This document shows positions 1 through 14,154 of a stretch of DNA of 64,000 nucleotides, one piece after another. The stretch is from the human T2T-CHM13v2.0 reference genome, Homo sapiens: contig CP086569.2 of the NCBI GenBank assembly GCA_009914755.4, positions 23,168,001 to 23,232,000 on the forward strand, written 5' to 3'. How positions within the stretch are numbered: the stretch's first letter is position 1; each line of letters begins with the position of its first letter. A model generated the notes under the pieces. It ran no database searches, was not told the DNA's origin, and saw only the letters and a list, made by a program, of their open reading frames with translations. Position numbers and translations under genes: made by a program.

Positions 1-1
1 C

Positions 2-166
2 CTGCTGCCTCTGGGAACAGTAGGATTAGTCCTGGGGCGGTCTAGCCTAACCAGTAAAGGAATGAATGTGCTCCCTGGGGTAATTGATAGTGATTACCAA
101 GGTGAGATATTGGTTATGATGGAATGTAAAAGTCTGCATATTCTTCACCTTGGATCAAAAATAGCT
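2..166 (+). pseudogene. dUTPase domain remnant of retroviral pro ORF (frame 2)
   Basis: Frame-2 translation gives [43 protein letters not shown], which carries dUTPase motifs 3 and 4. It is in the same frame as the downstream protease, as in HERV-K/MMTV-type pro. Confidence 0.7.
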
Positions 167-253
167 TAGTTAAAGATTGTACCATACTGGGTCCCTAAGG
201 CCCATGGGTAGGAAAGGGGAAAGGGAAGTTTTGGAAGCACAGGAGCTACAGGA

Positions 254-562
254 GTGTATTGGAATCAATTAATCACTCTTCAGAGACCCAAGATTACCTT
301 AAAAATTGGTAATAATAATTTTACTGGCTTATTGGACACAGGGGCAGACATTTCAATCATTAGTGATCAGAACTGGCCAGAAACTTGGCCTTGGGTGACT
401 CAAAAACAGAAAATTGTCAGCACCAGGGATGCACACACTGCCAAACAGAGCATGCACCCCCAAACATACTGTGATTCAGAAGGAAGAAAGGCAGTTATAC
501 AACCTCTGATCATGCCCATCCCTGTTAATCTTTGGGAAGGGGGCCTGTTAGCCCAATGGTGA
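254..562 (+). pseudogene. retroviral aspartic protease remnant
   Basis: The supplied ORF (254..562) contains the LLDTGADISIIS active-site motif. Confidence 0.8.
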
Positions 563-599
563 GGGGGGTGCATTCTGCACACCCTTTTCTAACAATGGC

Positions 600-3060
600 C
601 ACTGTTGTCATTCCTCCACTACCTCTGACTTGACTCTTCCAACATCTGTTCTGGGTAGAACAGTGGCCTCTGAAGGGAGAGAAATTACAGAGAACTCATG
701 AGTTAGTTGGGGAGCAGTTAAAGGCTGGGCATCTTGAACATTCTACCAGCCCCTGGAATTCGCCTATCTTCCTCATTCTCAAAAAGTCTGGGAAATGGAG
801 GCTTTTACATGACTTACATGATATTAATGCTAATTTACAGCCCATGGGGCCCCTTCAAAGAGCCTCCCTTGCCTTGCGGTGATTCCTGGAGATTGGCCTA
901 TAATTGTTATTGGCTTAAAATATTGTCTTTATACCATTCCTCCAGCAGAACAGGAGAGAGAAATATTTGCATTTACAATAACAGCTATCAATAATGAAAA
1001 GCCAGCTTGTTGATTTCATTGGAAAATGTGTCCTCAAGGAATGCTAAATAGTCCTACCATGTATCAATATCATGTAAATCAAGCCTTGCTCCCTACTAGA
1101 AAAAAATTGCCTGACTGTAAAAATTATTCATCCTATGAATGATACTCTACTAGCAGCCCCAATGGAGCCAATACTTTTAAATTTGTTTACTTCTGTCCTA
1201 AAGAACACACAGCTGAGAAGTTTAGTAATTGCACTTGTAAATGTACAGATGTCCAGTGTCCTCTCCTTGGAAATACCTTGGATACCTGTTAACCTCCCAG
1301 TCAGTAAGACCTCAGAAGTTTAAACTAAGTACTAGCAGCGTATACACCTTAATGATTATCAGAAATTACTGGGTGATATTACCCGGCTCCATCCCATTTT
1401 GGGAATTCCTACTAATAAACTACAAAACCTGTATTCTATCTTAAAGGGCAATCCAGCTCTTGATTCTCCCAGATATTTAATCCCTGCAGCAAAAAGAGAA
1501 ATCAAGGAAATCAAGCAAGCCATCTCTCAGAGGCAGCTAGATCGCATTGATCTATGGTATTCAATTCAGTTTTTATCTTTCCCAACAAACACTCCCCTAC
1601 AGAGTTACTAGGACAAATGACCCCTGGGCTATGATTCCTACAATGGTTTTTTGCTCACATACTGAGGCTAAAACACTGTCTCCCTATACTCAGTTAATTA
1701 CTAAAATCATCTATTTAGGTCGCAAACATTGCAATCAATTACTAGGTTATGACTCTGATGTCATCAGGATCCCTTTAAATAAAAAGCAATTCGATGCAGC
1801 ATTAGCTTTGTCAATAGAGCTGCAAACAGCTTTCTCTGATTACACAGGGCAAATAGAGATTGTCCTCTCTACTGATAAACTCCTTGTTTTCTTATCTCAC
1901 ACTCTTATAATATTGCCTATAAAAATAATTTAGTCCCCCATGCATAATCCTTTAACACTGTTTACAGATGGGTCTGCTAAACATGGAAAAGCAGCAGCCT
2001 GGAGACCCCAGAATTCAATCACTCAATCTGGGTTTACTAGCACAGAGCTGCAATTGGGGCTCTGATTTTGGCCTTAGAAACTTTTTTCCACTCAGTCCAT
2101 AAATATAATTAGCGATTCTGCAAACTCTCTTAATTTATTACAAAAGTTTTAAACAGCACTGATTAAGTCCACTCTGGAGCCAGGCCTGTTTACTCTTTTC
2201 TTCTGACTTCAGCAATTGCTAGACCAATGCACACATCCTATTGTTATTACCCACATTCAAACCCACAGCTCACTGCCTGGTCCATTGGCTTATGGCAATG
2301 AGCAAGCAGAACTTCAGGTTATGACATCACTGCTAGACCAAGCCACCCAACTGCATCAATTTTACCATCAAAATTGGAGAAACTTATCTAAACAATTTCA
2401 ACTAGCCCAGAGACTGGCTAAACAGATTATCCTATAATTCCCAGATTGCCAGTTCACAGGCATGTCCCCTCCTTTTAGAGGTTTGAACCCTAGAGGATTG
2501 GAACCTAATCATTTGTGGCAAACAGATGTTACAGGCATTCCCTGAATTTGGGAAACTAAGAGATGTGCATGTATCCATTGATACCAACGCTCATTTAATG
2601 GAGAGCCTCAGTATGGAGAGCCTACTCAATATGTCATTAAACATCTTTTTTTAAGTTTTGCATTCATGGGGTGACCCACAAAAATTAAGACTGATAATGG
2701 TCCAGCTTATACCAGTTCACAATTTCAACAATTTTGTTGCAAGTGGAATATCCAACATTCCACAGGCATCCCACAAAACACCCAAGGACAGGCAATAGTA
2801 GAACGCACACACTTCACCCTTAAAAATATGCACAAAGAACAGAAGAAGGAGAATATAGATAAGGATGCTGCAACACTACTAGCACAAGACTTATTTACAA
2901 TTAATGTTTAAAATTTAGATGTCAAATTTCAATCAGCTGTAGAAAAGCACTTTGCTAAAACCTCTCAAGGCATAAAACCTGCAGTTTTACAGAAAGATGT
3001 AAACAGTAACAAATGGTGTGGTCCTAGAGAATTATTAACGTGGGTGTGAGGGTATGCTTG
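600..3060 (+). pseudogene. pol remnant (RT - RNase H - integrase), multiple stops and frameshifts
   Basis: [14 protein letters not shown] at ~1010-1050. Degraded YMDD at ~1135. TDGS RNase H motif at ~1960. LPGPLAYGNEQA plus an HHCC-like region at ~2270-2440. Integrase catalytic core KTDNGPAY...QGQAIVERTH at ~2690-2830. Confidence 0.75.
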
Positions 3061-4800
3061 TGTTTGCTCCCCCTCAGGTCCTCTTTGGATTCCATCATGA
3101 GGCATCAAACCATCCCATGGTGTAGCTAGGATCCAACCCAGTACCAGAATTGAAAGAGTTAACCCTGCAAGACCCACAGTTCCAGAGGACATGGCTTTGG
3201 CATACAACACAGCCCTGGACATTAGCTGGAGTACGCTGAAGAGGACAACTCAGGAGGCTGAACAAATCCTGCTCTGGACGCAGACACAATTTACTCCAGA
3301 TAATGTGTTTCTTGCTGTGCTTTCTATTGTACATTGTGACTCACATAGGGTATTGATACTTTTTATACTCTTGCTTTGTCTGCAATCTGTACCTTCTACA
3401 CTCTATTGGGCCCATATCTTAGGCCCACATTTTTTTCACCATGTCACCTGAGCAGACACTCCTTTCCCAGCCTAAAATAATGTGACTGCTTGGCAAGGAG
3501 GGATAGAATACCCCCAGTGGGGTCCCTCAATAATGGCACATATTGGACTAAGGTGCCAGATAACACTATATTTCACTCCACTGTCTTGCTACTGCCTATA
3601 AGTTATAAAGGTTCTAACCTTACTGTGAACCTGCCCAAAGACAAGTATGGCTACATCATGGCAAAGAAAAAGTCTTAACATTTTTAGCGGCAGGTAGCCT
3701 CAAACCAGACAATAAAATCCATGCTACTTTCCTAAATATCCCTTCTTGTGCTAAACAACAGAATTGAGGAAGTAATGGATTTCACTTTAGTTGGGAAGTC
3801 TGTCATGGGAAACAAGCCCATAGCCTCTGGTTGAGCAATTAAAACATCTTAGACTGGAGTCCTCATGGCCGATTGCAGGGCAGCCTTACAAATGTCTTTG
3901 TCTATCATAGCATTAATCACAGTTTCATAGCCATGTCTCCTTCCCCTATAATTTGGGCTGATGGGGGGCTGGGATATCCCTAGACCCCAAGAAAAGTCAA
4001 CGCCAACCCAAGGCACCTTATAGTGCCTGGGACATCTTAGCACCTCCCTTAACACCTGCCATGGGAGATATAATAATTCCAGTTGCAACTACACTATAGC
4101 CTTTATTCATATTCACACTGATCTGTGCCTGGTTTGCACTACTCATCCATATGTTTTCCTTATGGGAACTAACATTTCCATTACACCTGGAAACTCCACG
4201 TTTGTGAACTGGGTAAAGGGACAGGGTTGGTTTGCCTCATGTATCACTAGTCACAATATATCTAATTTAAAAACTTCTAGTGTCAAAGTATTAAGGAGAC
4301 AATCTGAGGCATTTGGACTAGTCAATTTGACACATGATTGGCAAGGTTCCTTTGCCCTTACTGCCTTAGAACGTGTCCTGTCCCAGGTCAGACACAAAAG
4401 ATTTATAGTTACATTATGGCCTTTATATTCTCAGCCATAGTTGATCTGGCAACTGCTAGCATTGCTGTTGCATCTATTGCTGAACCAGTACAAACAGCTG
4501 CTTTTGTAGATAATCTGGCCAAAAAGGTATCTAATGAACTTCTATTACAGCAAGGGAACAATATGTGAGAGAGCAACAAGATGCACTAGCATTCTCTCAA
4601 CAGTAAAACTGTGACTGGGAACATAAGCATACCTGTGTCACTTCTCTACCATGAAATCAATCAATGCATAGCTGGGATGAGGTGAAACAATACCTCTGGG
4701 GAATCTTTCATAACAATTTAACAGCAGACGTGAAGCAACTTAAGACTAAATTTTTAGAATCCATTCACACCATAGATCTGCACACCCAATATACAGTCAC
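3060..4800 (+). pseudogene. env remnant (SU/TM), highly degraded
   Basis: It lies between integrase and LTR. A hydrophobic fusion-peptide-like stretch (FIFSAIVDLATASIAVASIA) followed by a heptad-like stretch sits at ~4400-4560. No intact ORF. Confidence 0.4.
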
Positions 4801-4808
4801 ATGGAAGG

Positions 4809-5740
4809 GTGTATAAGTTCATCTCTCCTAATTAGACCCTCACTGGGGGGGGTCTCCTAGTTAGAGCATGACTGGGGGGTCACCCTTTGACTAGAAAATA
4901 ATGTTGCTAAATATGCTCATGTTTGTCTTATGTTATTTGCTAATCCTAGGATGAAAAGTCTTCCGGAATAAGAGCAGAGACCGCCTCATCTGAAAATCCT
5001 GTGGCTGCCCATATCTGCATTCTGCAATCAAAAACCCTAATAAAGAAAGAAAAAAAATGGGAAAATGTTGGGATTCACTCAGGATGGTGGCAGAAATATT
5101 AAAGGGAAATATTAGGGAAAGATCTAGGGAATAGTCACAAAACTTTTGGAAGGCTAAAAGGTTACGTAGCTTGTAATTGAACAGGCTGAAGGCAGCCAGT
5201 TCTTCCCTTAGAACATTAGGTCATAGGGTAAATATAAGAGACAATAGGGGCTTCCCTAGTTAAGTCTGTTTATCTTACCTCCATTAACTAACTTTTTAGC
5301 CAGAAGGCCCTCTCAGGAGGTCGACCAAGAATATTTTCCCGAATGGTATTCACTTTAGACCAGGGTACCTGAGCTTTAATTATTCATAGAACTACTGTCT
5401 TAACCATGTTCATTATCCTCAAGCGTATTTCCACAAAGCTTCTGTTTGTAATTGCTTACTAAATAAATGCCTGGAGTGCCTGCTGCTTAGGGCCGGCCAC
5501 AGTGAGAAACCTCTTTTAGTGTGCAGGCAGTTGGACACAGCAGGACTGGCAAAACAGAATATCTGTGTGTCAGTTTACATTTTATTCATCCATCATTTGG
5601 GTCAGGGTCCACGGGCAGACCCCTGCAGCTAATGCCCTTGTGTGAGGAGAAATACCGCAGTTAGGAAACTCAAACTACTGGTAGTTCAACTCAGGGTAGT
5701 TGAGTTTGAGTCCCACTAAGTTAGAGAGAGTAGACAAAAA
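4809..5740 (+). mobile_element. 3' LTR of the HERV-K-like provirus (boundaries approximate)
   Basis: A purine-rich stretch precedes a TG start (ggaaggg|TGtataag). From memory it shows patchy similarity to the HERV-K LTR (gcTGAAGGCAGCc; ..TAAATAAATGCCTGGAGTG polyA-signal region; gtgtgaggag terminal region). Confidence 0.5.
5462..5467 (+). promoter_or_regulatory. AATAAA polyadenylation signal within LTR R region
   Basis: ctaaATAAATgcctggagtgcctgctg resembles the LTR5 AATAAATACTAAGGGAACTCAGAGG context. Confidence 0.35.
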
Positions 5741-7058
5741 TCTTTGGCTTCCTATTGAAATTGCAGAAAGAATACACTTTAGGAAGAAAATCTATATGCC
5801 AGGAATAAAGAATTCACATGAGAATAAGGATAAAATCCGAACAGTCTCATCCTAATAAAGTATAAGACAAAGGTTGTACAACATCAGTATGAGTAGCCAA
5901 CAATTTCTAATAGAACAAATGCTATCCTTCTTCAGAGAAAGAAAACAAATCCATTCTCTAAACATGCAACTGCAGTTCACAGATAAATGTTATTAGGCGT
6001 ATAAAGAAACAGGAGCATATTGACATAGGAGAGATAAATAAGAAGTCAGACTCCTCCATCACCCAGATACTGGAATTAACACACCAGGACCTTAAAACTG
6101 TTCTTTAAAATGGTTCAAGGACTTAACAGAAAAGATAAAAAGGCTGTATTAGCAGAGGTAATTCAACATCTGAGAAATTTAAAAAGTGGGTGTTTTTAGC
6201 AAGACTTGGAGAAGAAAATAAAGTCAGTGTTCAAGAATGTGGTAGGCAGTATGGCTTCTAGATGCTAAAAACAATAAAGGCAACAGACTATATGCTAAAA
6301 ACAATAAAGGCAACTGGTAGAGACTGTAGAAGAAATTCCGCCTTGCCTAAACCTTCATTATAGTTTACTGAACCCATTTCAGTCTTCTGACACCCAGAAC
6401 TGTGAGAAAATACAGGGTAATCTAAGACCTGAAGAAGAAGAAAGTGTCAGCTCTGAAAAAGACTAACAGAAAATGGCATGGGCAAAAGCAAAGGGGAAAA
6501 GCTCTGAACCAAGACAGAGCTTGAAAACATGGGCAACTTGAATGAAATATTATTGACTCTGGAATAAGGGGGTGGGCCTGAGATATGAGGGTGGAGCATT
6601 GGACAGGAGCCACATCATGAGGGCCTTGTGGATGCTAGTAAAGCAAGTAGTTACTTTCTGAGACATATCCTCCACACACATCCCTTAAGAAGAGTGACTT
6701 AATGTAGTGTATATTCTTTTGAAAAGGGAGTATTATAAAGAATAAGTTTGAGAAGGCAAAACTGAGTAGGTGTTAAACTTTAGGGAAGCTATTGCAGTAG
6801 ATGAAGCAAAATATAATAGTGGCTTGGATTTACAGTGGATATGGAAAGCACAGCATAGTCTGATTGGAAATATTAAACTAAATTTAGCAGAACTTAATTT
6901 AGATTTGATGTAAAGTTTTAAGAAAGGAAGAAATTTAGGATAAACCTTTGGTGTTTTGTCTTGATTGGTTGATAGTGGCTTACAGATACTTAGCAATGAA
7001 TACCACTGTTAATAAAAGACTCAGTTAGAAACTGATGCTGGGACTGCCTGAATGCAAA

Positions 7059-7118
7059 GCTCTTGTGTTTTTGTTTGTTTGTTTTTTGTTTTTGTTTTGT
7101 TTTGTTTTACTACAGTAG
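7059..7118. repeat. (GTTT)n simple repeat
   Basis: tgtgtttttgtttgtttgttttttgtttttgttttgttttgtttt. Confidence 0.85.
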
Positions 7119-9565
7119 GCTTAAAAATCATCTCTACTTGGTCCCAGGTTTTCTTAAAAAAAAAAAAGAAGTTGTGAAACTGATGATTTCTGTCACCATT
7201 GTGATTCTCTGAGATATATAAGACTTTTACTCAATTCCTTGGTCTGCACATCAAAAACATGAACTGAACTAATGTATATCCAATTTGTTACCCAAATGTG
7301 TTCGTCGGAAAAATTCAACATTCAGACACATATTTACATACACACATCCAAGAAATAATGAGATACACTCGAAGTACTTGAACTTGGAACCACAACAATT
7401 GTTTTTGAGTCTTGGCACTAGCACTTTCTGATATGTGTCATTATATATGTCATGTAATCTTATGAAACTCAATATTTTATAAGAAAAAGCATACATTAAT
7501 ACTCATAATATTGTTGTAAACATACTAACCAAATTACATTTTACTGTAAAATTAGAAACTAGATGTACTTGTTGGTTTTTCAGTGCTCTTACAAAAAACT
7601 AATAATTGTAACATATTAATATAAGTAGATGTGTGAAAAATAAGTTAATAATTTTCTTCTTCCAATTTCATACATAAGCACTAATAGCATTTTCCCAGTA
7701 ATTTTCATGAAGATTAATTTTGCATATAAAATATTTGCAAAGATTATGTTGACATTTATAAAAGTGAAACTGCTATACAGACATCCATGTACACACAGTA
7801 TACATGCATATTCTATAATTCACCTTTGCTAAAATATGTGTTTTAGATTTTTTCTGAAGCAACACATATATCAATCTTATTTGCATTAATAGCTACATTA
7901 CAATCAACATTATATTTATACCAGAGTTTCAATGGATGTACCATTTAATCTTTCCAATTTTGAGGAAAATTCTATCATTCCAAAGATTTAGTATTAATAA
8001 ATATTTAATAAGTGGTACAAAATGTGAAAACTGGGCCAAGTGTTGTAAGTACTTTGTACTGAAATTACTTAAATACCGAATTTATGTAATATTAAATAAA
8101 ATTATAACTATTTAAATACCAAATTACTTTCCAAAAACCTTGGAGCAATCATGTTTCTTCTAGTACCTACAATGTCATCAACAATGGATGCTACTATTAG
8201 TTTTTATTTTTGTAAACTAATGAATGTATTATCTGTTACCTTAAGTTCATTTTTTGTTCTTGTTGTTGAGAACTAGAAATTCTGTTTAATTGTTACCAAT
8301 CTCTAGGGTGTCGGTTTTTTTCTAGCCAGAAACATCTGTGGCTATGATGCCTTTGTCCAAGATATTGTCTTGTGTCAGGAAGAATGAGGTAGAATGAGGT
8401 ACGCAGACAAGTGAATGGTGAACAAGAAGAAAAATTTTATTTAGTGTTAGTACAGCTCAGAGTAATGGTTTGCTCCTCTCTGTAGGCAGGTTGTCCAGTC
8501 AAGTGTTTAGCTCTTAGCAGAGAGGAGGCCCTGGAGGGGGCAGCTCCTCTCTATGGCAAAGTCATTTGGAGGTCTCTGCAGGCCTCTGAAGCTGTCAGCA
8601 GAGATAGTAGCTCCTCTCTGTGTCCTATGTGTAACGTTAAGAAAATACTGATGTTGAGCTTTAAAGCAGTATTTCACTATCTCTCTACACTGGCAATGCT
8701 CTTATTAAAATATAAGTAATCATTTGGCTTATATAGTATCATATTATGAAATGTAATAAGAGGCACTTACAATTTTTAGATTGCAATTTTGGTAATTAAT
8801 ATGGGCTTTGTCAGACACTCATGTAAGATATACATCTAAAGTTTAATTTATGTTATTTGGATATTATTTTATTAAATATCTAAATTCGGGAAAGGATTAA
8901 TCAATATGGTTGACTTCAGAAATGCCTGCCATATATCTCTCATATTTGTTAATCAAATGAAGTGTTGGCAGATTAAAATTTTTGCAGCTTAGAAATTTTC
9001 AAAGAAAATACAACGCACAAATTCATAAATGGTGATATTATTCCAAATCTTAAGTCAAGTAATATGTCATTAAGAAACACATAAACTCTTCTCTCAGAAA
9101 AATATTTTAAGTAATGAAATGTCAAAAGATATCTTAGAAAGCAAGTTAACTATTGTGTACTAATTTGATGTAGAAATACAGAATAGTAGAAATAAGAGTA
9201 ACAATGACTCACTTTTTCATCGAACAAAAATATAGGAAATCATCTTTAGATACAGAAACCTTTTTATAACTAAAAACACTGAGTTTTTAATTGGCAGAAG
9301 TATATTGAACCATCCAGATGGCAGGACTGGGCTGAATATTAGACCAAAGACACTGATGTTTAATGAAAACAGTGCATGGATGCTGTGAAATGTGACAATG
9401 TAAGCCGTAAACAGAAGGAATCTTGCTTTCCCCATTTGCTCTTCTGCTTCTCTCCTTTAACCTCATGTAGCCTGACATTTGATGGCTGGAAGATACTTCA
9501 TTGCAAGTAGCGAGGCCAGCGAGGCCAAATCTTGGATTTGAATTAGCACACAGAAACTGGTTCAC

Positions 9566-9689
9566 TTTTTTTTTTTGAGACAGTCTCGCTCTGTCGCCCA
9601 GACTGGAGGGCATTGGCATGATTTCAGCTCACTGCAAGCTGCACTTCCTGGGTTCATGACATTCTCCTGCCTCAGCCTCCCAAGTAGCA
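9566..9689 (-). mobile_element. Alu fragment (right arm only)
   Basis: Poly-T followed by gagacagtctcgctctgtcgcccagactggag...cctcagcctcccaagtagc, truncated. Confidence 0.8.
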
Positions 9690-9791
9690 TGGAAGCTGGT
9701 TGACTTTAATGCCCATGACAAATTTATTTGCACTTTCTATTTCTTAGATTATGTGAAAATGTAAAATCAATTGGAAATTTGGATGCTATTA

Positions 9792-10188
<397 letters not shown>

Positions 10189-10347
10189 GTTAGCTGGATG
10201 TGGTGGCATGCAACCAGATTTCCAGTTACTCTTGAGGCTGAGGGAGGAGAATCACTTGAACCCAGGAGGCAGTTGTTGTAGTGAGCCAAAGCCATTGCAG
10301 TCCAGACTGGGAAACAGAGTGAAACTCTGTTGCAAAAAAAAAAAAAA
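10189..10347 (+). mobile_element. partial Alu (right-monomer portion) abutting the AluY tail
   Basis: gttagctggatgtggtggcatgcaacc...cactgcagtccagactgggaaacagagtgaaactctgttgcaaaaaa. Confidence 0.8.
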
Positions 10348-10417
10348 CCAAACAATAGGAAAAGAGGGACTCCTCCCTAATTTATTTTATGAGACCAGCA
10401 TCACCCTGATACCATAG

Positions 10418-10507
<90 letters not shown>

Positions 10508-11508
10508 TGAATTCAGCAGCACCTCAAAAAGCTTATCCACCACAATCAAGTTGGCTTCATCCCTGGGATGCAAGGATGGTTCAACATAGGCAAATGAACA
10601 AACAGAATTCATCAAATAAACAGGAGCAAGACAAAACTCACATAATTATGTCAATAGAATCAACACCTCTTCATGCTAAAAATTCTCAGTAAGCTAGGTC
10701 TGGATGGAACGTATCTCAAATAATAAGAGCTATTTATCAAAAACCCACAGTCAATATCATACTGAACAGGCAAAAACAGGAAACATTTCCTTTGACAACC
10801 AGCACAAGGCAAGGATGACCCCTCTCACCACTCCTATTCAACAGAGTATTGCAAGTTCTGGCCAGGGCAGTCAGGCAAGGGAAATAAATAAAGCATATTC
10901 TAATAGGAAGACAGGAAGTCAAATTGTCTCTGTTTGCAGACAACATGATTGTATATTTAGAAAAACCCATCATCTCAGCCTGCAATCTCCTTAAGCTGAG
11001 AAGCAACTTCAGCAAAGTATCAGAGTACAAAATCAATGTGCAAAAATCACAAGCATTCCTATACCCCAATAATAGAAATCTAAATGGTGAGTGAACTCCA
11101 ATTCACAATCACTACCAGAAGAATAAAATACCTACTAATAAAACATAAAAGGAATGTGAAGGACCTCTTCAAGAAGGACTACAAATCACCACTCAAGGAA
11201 ATAAGAGAGGACATACCCAATTGAAAAAACATTCCATACTCATGGATAGGAAAAATCAATATTGTCAAAATGGCCATACTGCCCAAAGTAATTTATAGAT
11301 TCAGTGCTATCCCTATTCAAGCTACCATTGACTTTCTTCACAGAATTAGAAAAACTACTTTAACTTCCCTAGGGAACCAAAAAACAGCCCACATAGCCAT
11401 CACAATCTTAAGCCAAAAGAACAAAGCTGGAGGCATCATGCTACATCAATTCAAACTAAACTGTAAGGCTACAGTAACAAAAAGAGCATGGTAATTGTAC
11501 CAAAACAG

Positions 11509-14150
11509 ATATATATATATCATATATATATATGATATATATATATAGGTATATATATAGGATATGTATATATGATATATATATAGGATATATATAAAGG
11601 ATATATATAGGATATATATATAGGATATATATAGGATATATATATAGGATATATATAGGATATATATAGGATATATACAGGATATGTATATAGGATATAT
11701 ACAGGATATGTATATAGGATATATATACAGGATATATACAGGATATATATACAGGATATATATACAGGATATATATAGGATATATATACAGGATATATAT
11801 ATAGGATATATATAGGAGATATATATATAGGATATATATATAGGAGATATATATATAGGATATATATATAGGAGATATATATATAGGATATATATAGGAG
11901 ATATATATAGGATGTATATATAGGATATATATATAGGATGTATATATAGGATATATATATAGGATGTATATATACGAGATATATATAGGAGATATATATA
12001 TATGATATACAGGAGATATATATATGGGATATATATAGGAGATATACAGGAGATATTTATAGGAGATATATATAGGAGATATACAGGATATATATATAGG
12101 ATATATATACAGGATATATATATAGGATATATATACAGGATATATATATAGGATATATATACAGGATATATATATAGGATATATATACAGGAGATATATA
12201 TAGGATATATATACAGGAGATATATATAGGATATATATACAGGAGATATATATAGGATATATATACAGGAGATATATATAGGATATATATACAGGAGATA
12301 TATATAGGATATATATAGGAGATATATATAGGAGATATATATAGGAGATATATATAGGATATATATATAGGAGATATATAGGATATATATATAGAGGATA
12401 TATATATAGGATATATATATAGAGGATATATATATAGGATATATATATAGGATATATATATAGGATATATATATATAGGATATATATATAGGATATATAT
12501 ATATGGGATATATATATAGGATATATATATATGGGATATATATATAGGATATATATATATGGGATATATATATAGGATATATATATATGGGATATATATA
12601 TAGGATATATATATATGGGATATATATATAGGATATATATATATGGGATATATATATAGGATATATATATATGGGATATATATATATGGGATATATATAT
12701 ATGGGATATATATATATGGGATATATATATGGGATATATATATATGGGATATATATATGGGATATATATATATGGGATATATATATGGGATATATATAGG
12801 ATATATATATATGGGATATATATATGTGGGATATATATGGGATATATATATGGGATATATATGGGTATATATAAGGGATATATATGGGATATATATATGG
12901 GATATATATAGGGGATGTATATATATGGGATATATATAGGGGATGTATATATATGGGATATATATAGGGGGTATATATATGGGATATATATAGTGGATAT
13001 ATATAGGATATATATAGGGGATATATATATAGGGGATATATATAGGATAGATATATAGGATATATATAGGGGATATATATAGGGGATATATATAGGATAT
13101 ATATATATAGGAGATATATATATAGGATATATATAGGAGATATATATATAGGATATATATAGGAGATATATATATAGGATATATATAGGAGATATATATA
13201 TAGGATATATATAGGAGATATATATATAGAGGATATATATATAGGGGATATATATATGGGATATATATAGGGGATATATATATAGGGGATATATGTATGG
13301 GATATATATATAGCGGATATATGTATAGGATATATATATAGAGGATATATATATCGGATATATATATAGAGGACTTGTATATAGGATATATATATAGGAC
13401 GTGTATACAGGATATATATATATATAGGACGTGTATACAGGATATATATATAGGACGTGTATACATAGTATATATATATAGGACGTGTATACATAGGATA
13501 TATATATAGGACGTGTATACATAGGACATATATATAGGACGTATATACATAGGATATATATATAGGACGTGTATACATAGGATATATATATAGGACGTGT
13601 ATACATAGGATATATATATATAGGACGTGTATACATAGGTTATATATATAGGACGTGTATACATAGGATATATATATAGGACGTGTATATATAGGATATA
13701 TATATAGGACGTGTATATATAGGATATATATATAGGACGTGTATATATAGGATATATATATGCATTGGTATATGTGTCTATACAGCATTGTAATTGTACC
13801 AAAACAGATATATATATAAAATATATATAGGATATATATAAAATATATATAGGATATATATATAAAATATATATAGGATATATATATAAAATATATATAG
13901 GATATATATATAAAATATATATAGGATATATATATAAAATATATATAGGATATATATATAAAATATATATAGGATATATATAAAATATATGCAGGATATA
14001 TATATAAAATATATATAGGATATATATAATATATATAGGTTATATAAAATATATATAGGATATATATAATATATATAGGATATATATATTATATATAGGA
14101 TATATATATTATATATAGGATATATATATAATATATATATAGGCTATACA
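11509..14150. repeat. AT-rich higher-order minisatellite (~2.65 kb) within L1: ~14-bp TATATAGGATATAT-type units in ~26-30 bp higher-order variants, arranged in three blocks
   Basis: Block 1 (11509-~13370) has ..aggatatatatacaggagatatatat.. and ..gggatatatatat.. variants. Block 2 (~13370-13762) is aggacgtgtatacataggatatatatat. A copy of the L1 flank gtaattgtaccaaaacagatatatat sits at ~13791-13817 (also at 11491-11517). Block 3 (13818-14150) is aaaatatatataggatatatatat. Confidence 0.95.
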
Positions 14151-14154
14151 TATA

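Larger units (their letters stand above)
1..5740 (+). mobile_element. HERV-K-superfamily (betaretrovirus-like, class II ERV) provirus, 3' portion: pro(dUTPase-PR)-pol-env-3'LTR. It is 5'-truncated by the window edge and has many stops and frameshifts.
   Basis: Translated motifs appear in retroviral order: dUTPase ([16 protein letters not shown]), protease [24 protein letters not shown] and a degraded YxDD (MNDTLLAA), RNase H FTDGSAKHGKAAAW and LPGPLAYGNEQA, integrase core KTDNGPAYTS..TGIPQNTQGQAIVERTH. An LTR-like region with AATAAA follows. Confidence 0.8.

Noticed and set aside
11446-13802. Three huge minus-strand ORFs (581-780 aa) and several plus-strand ORFs made of YIYIY/ISPIY-type repeats
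   Set aside because: They are pure translation of the TATATAGGATATAT minisatellite, which happens to lack stop codons in those frames. They are compositionally degenerate and not a protein.
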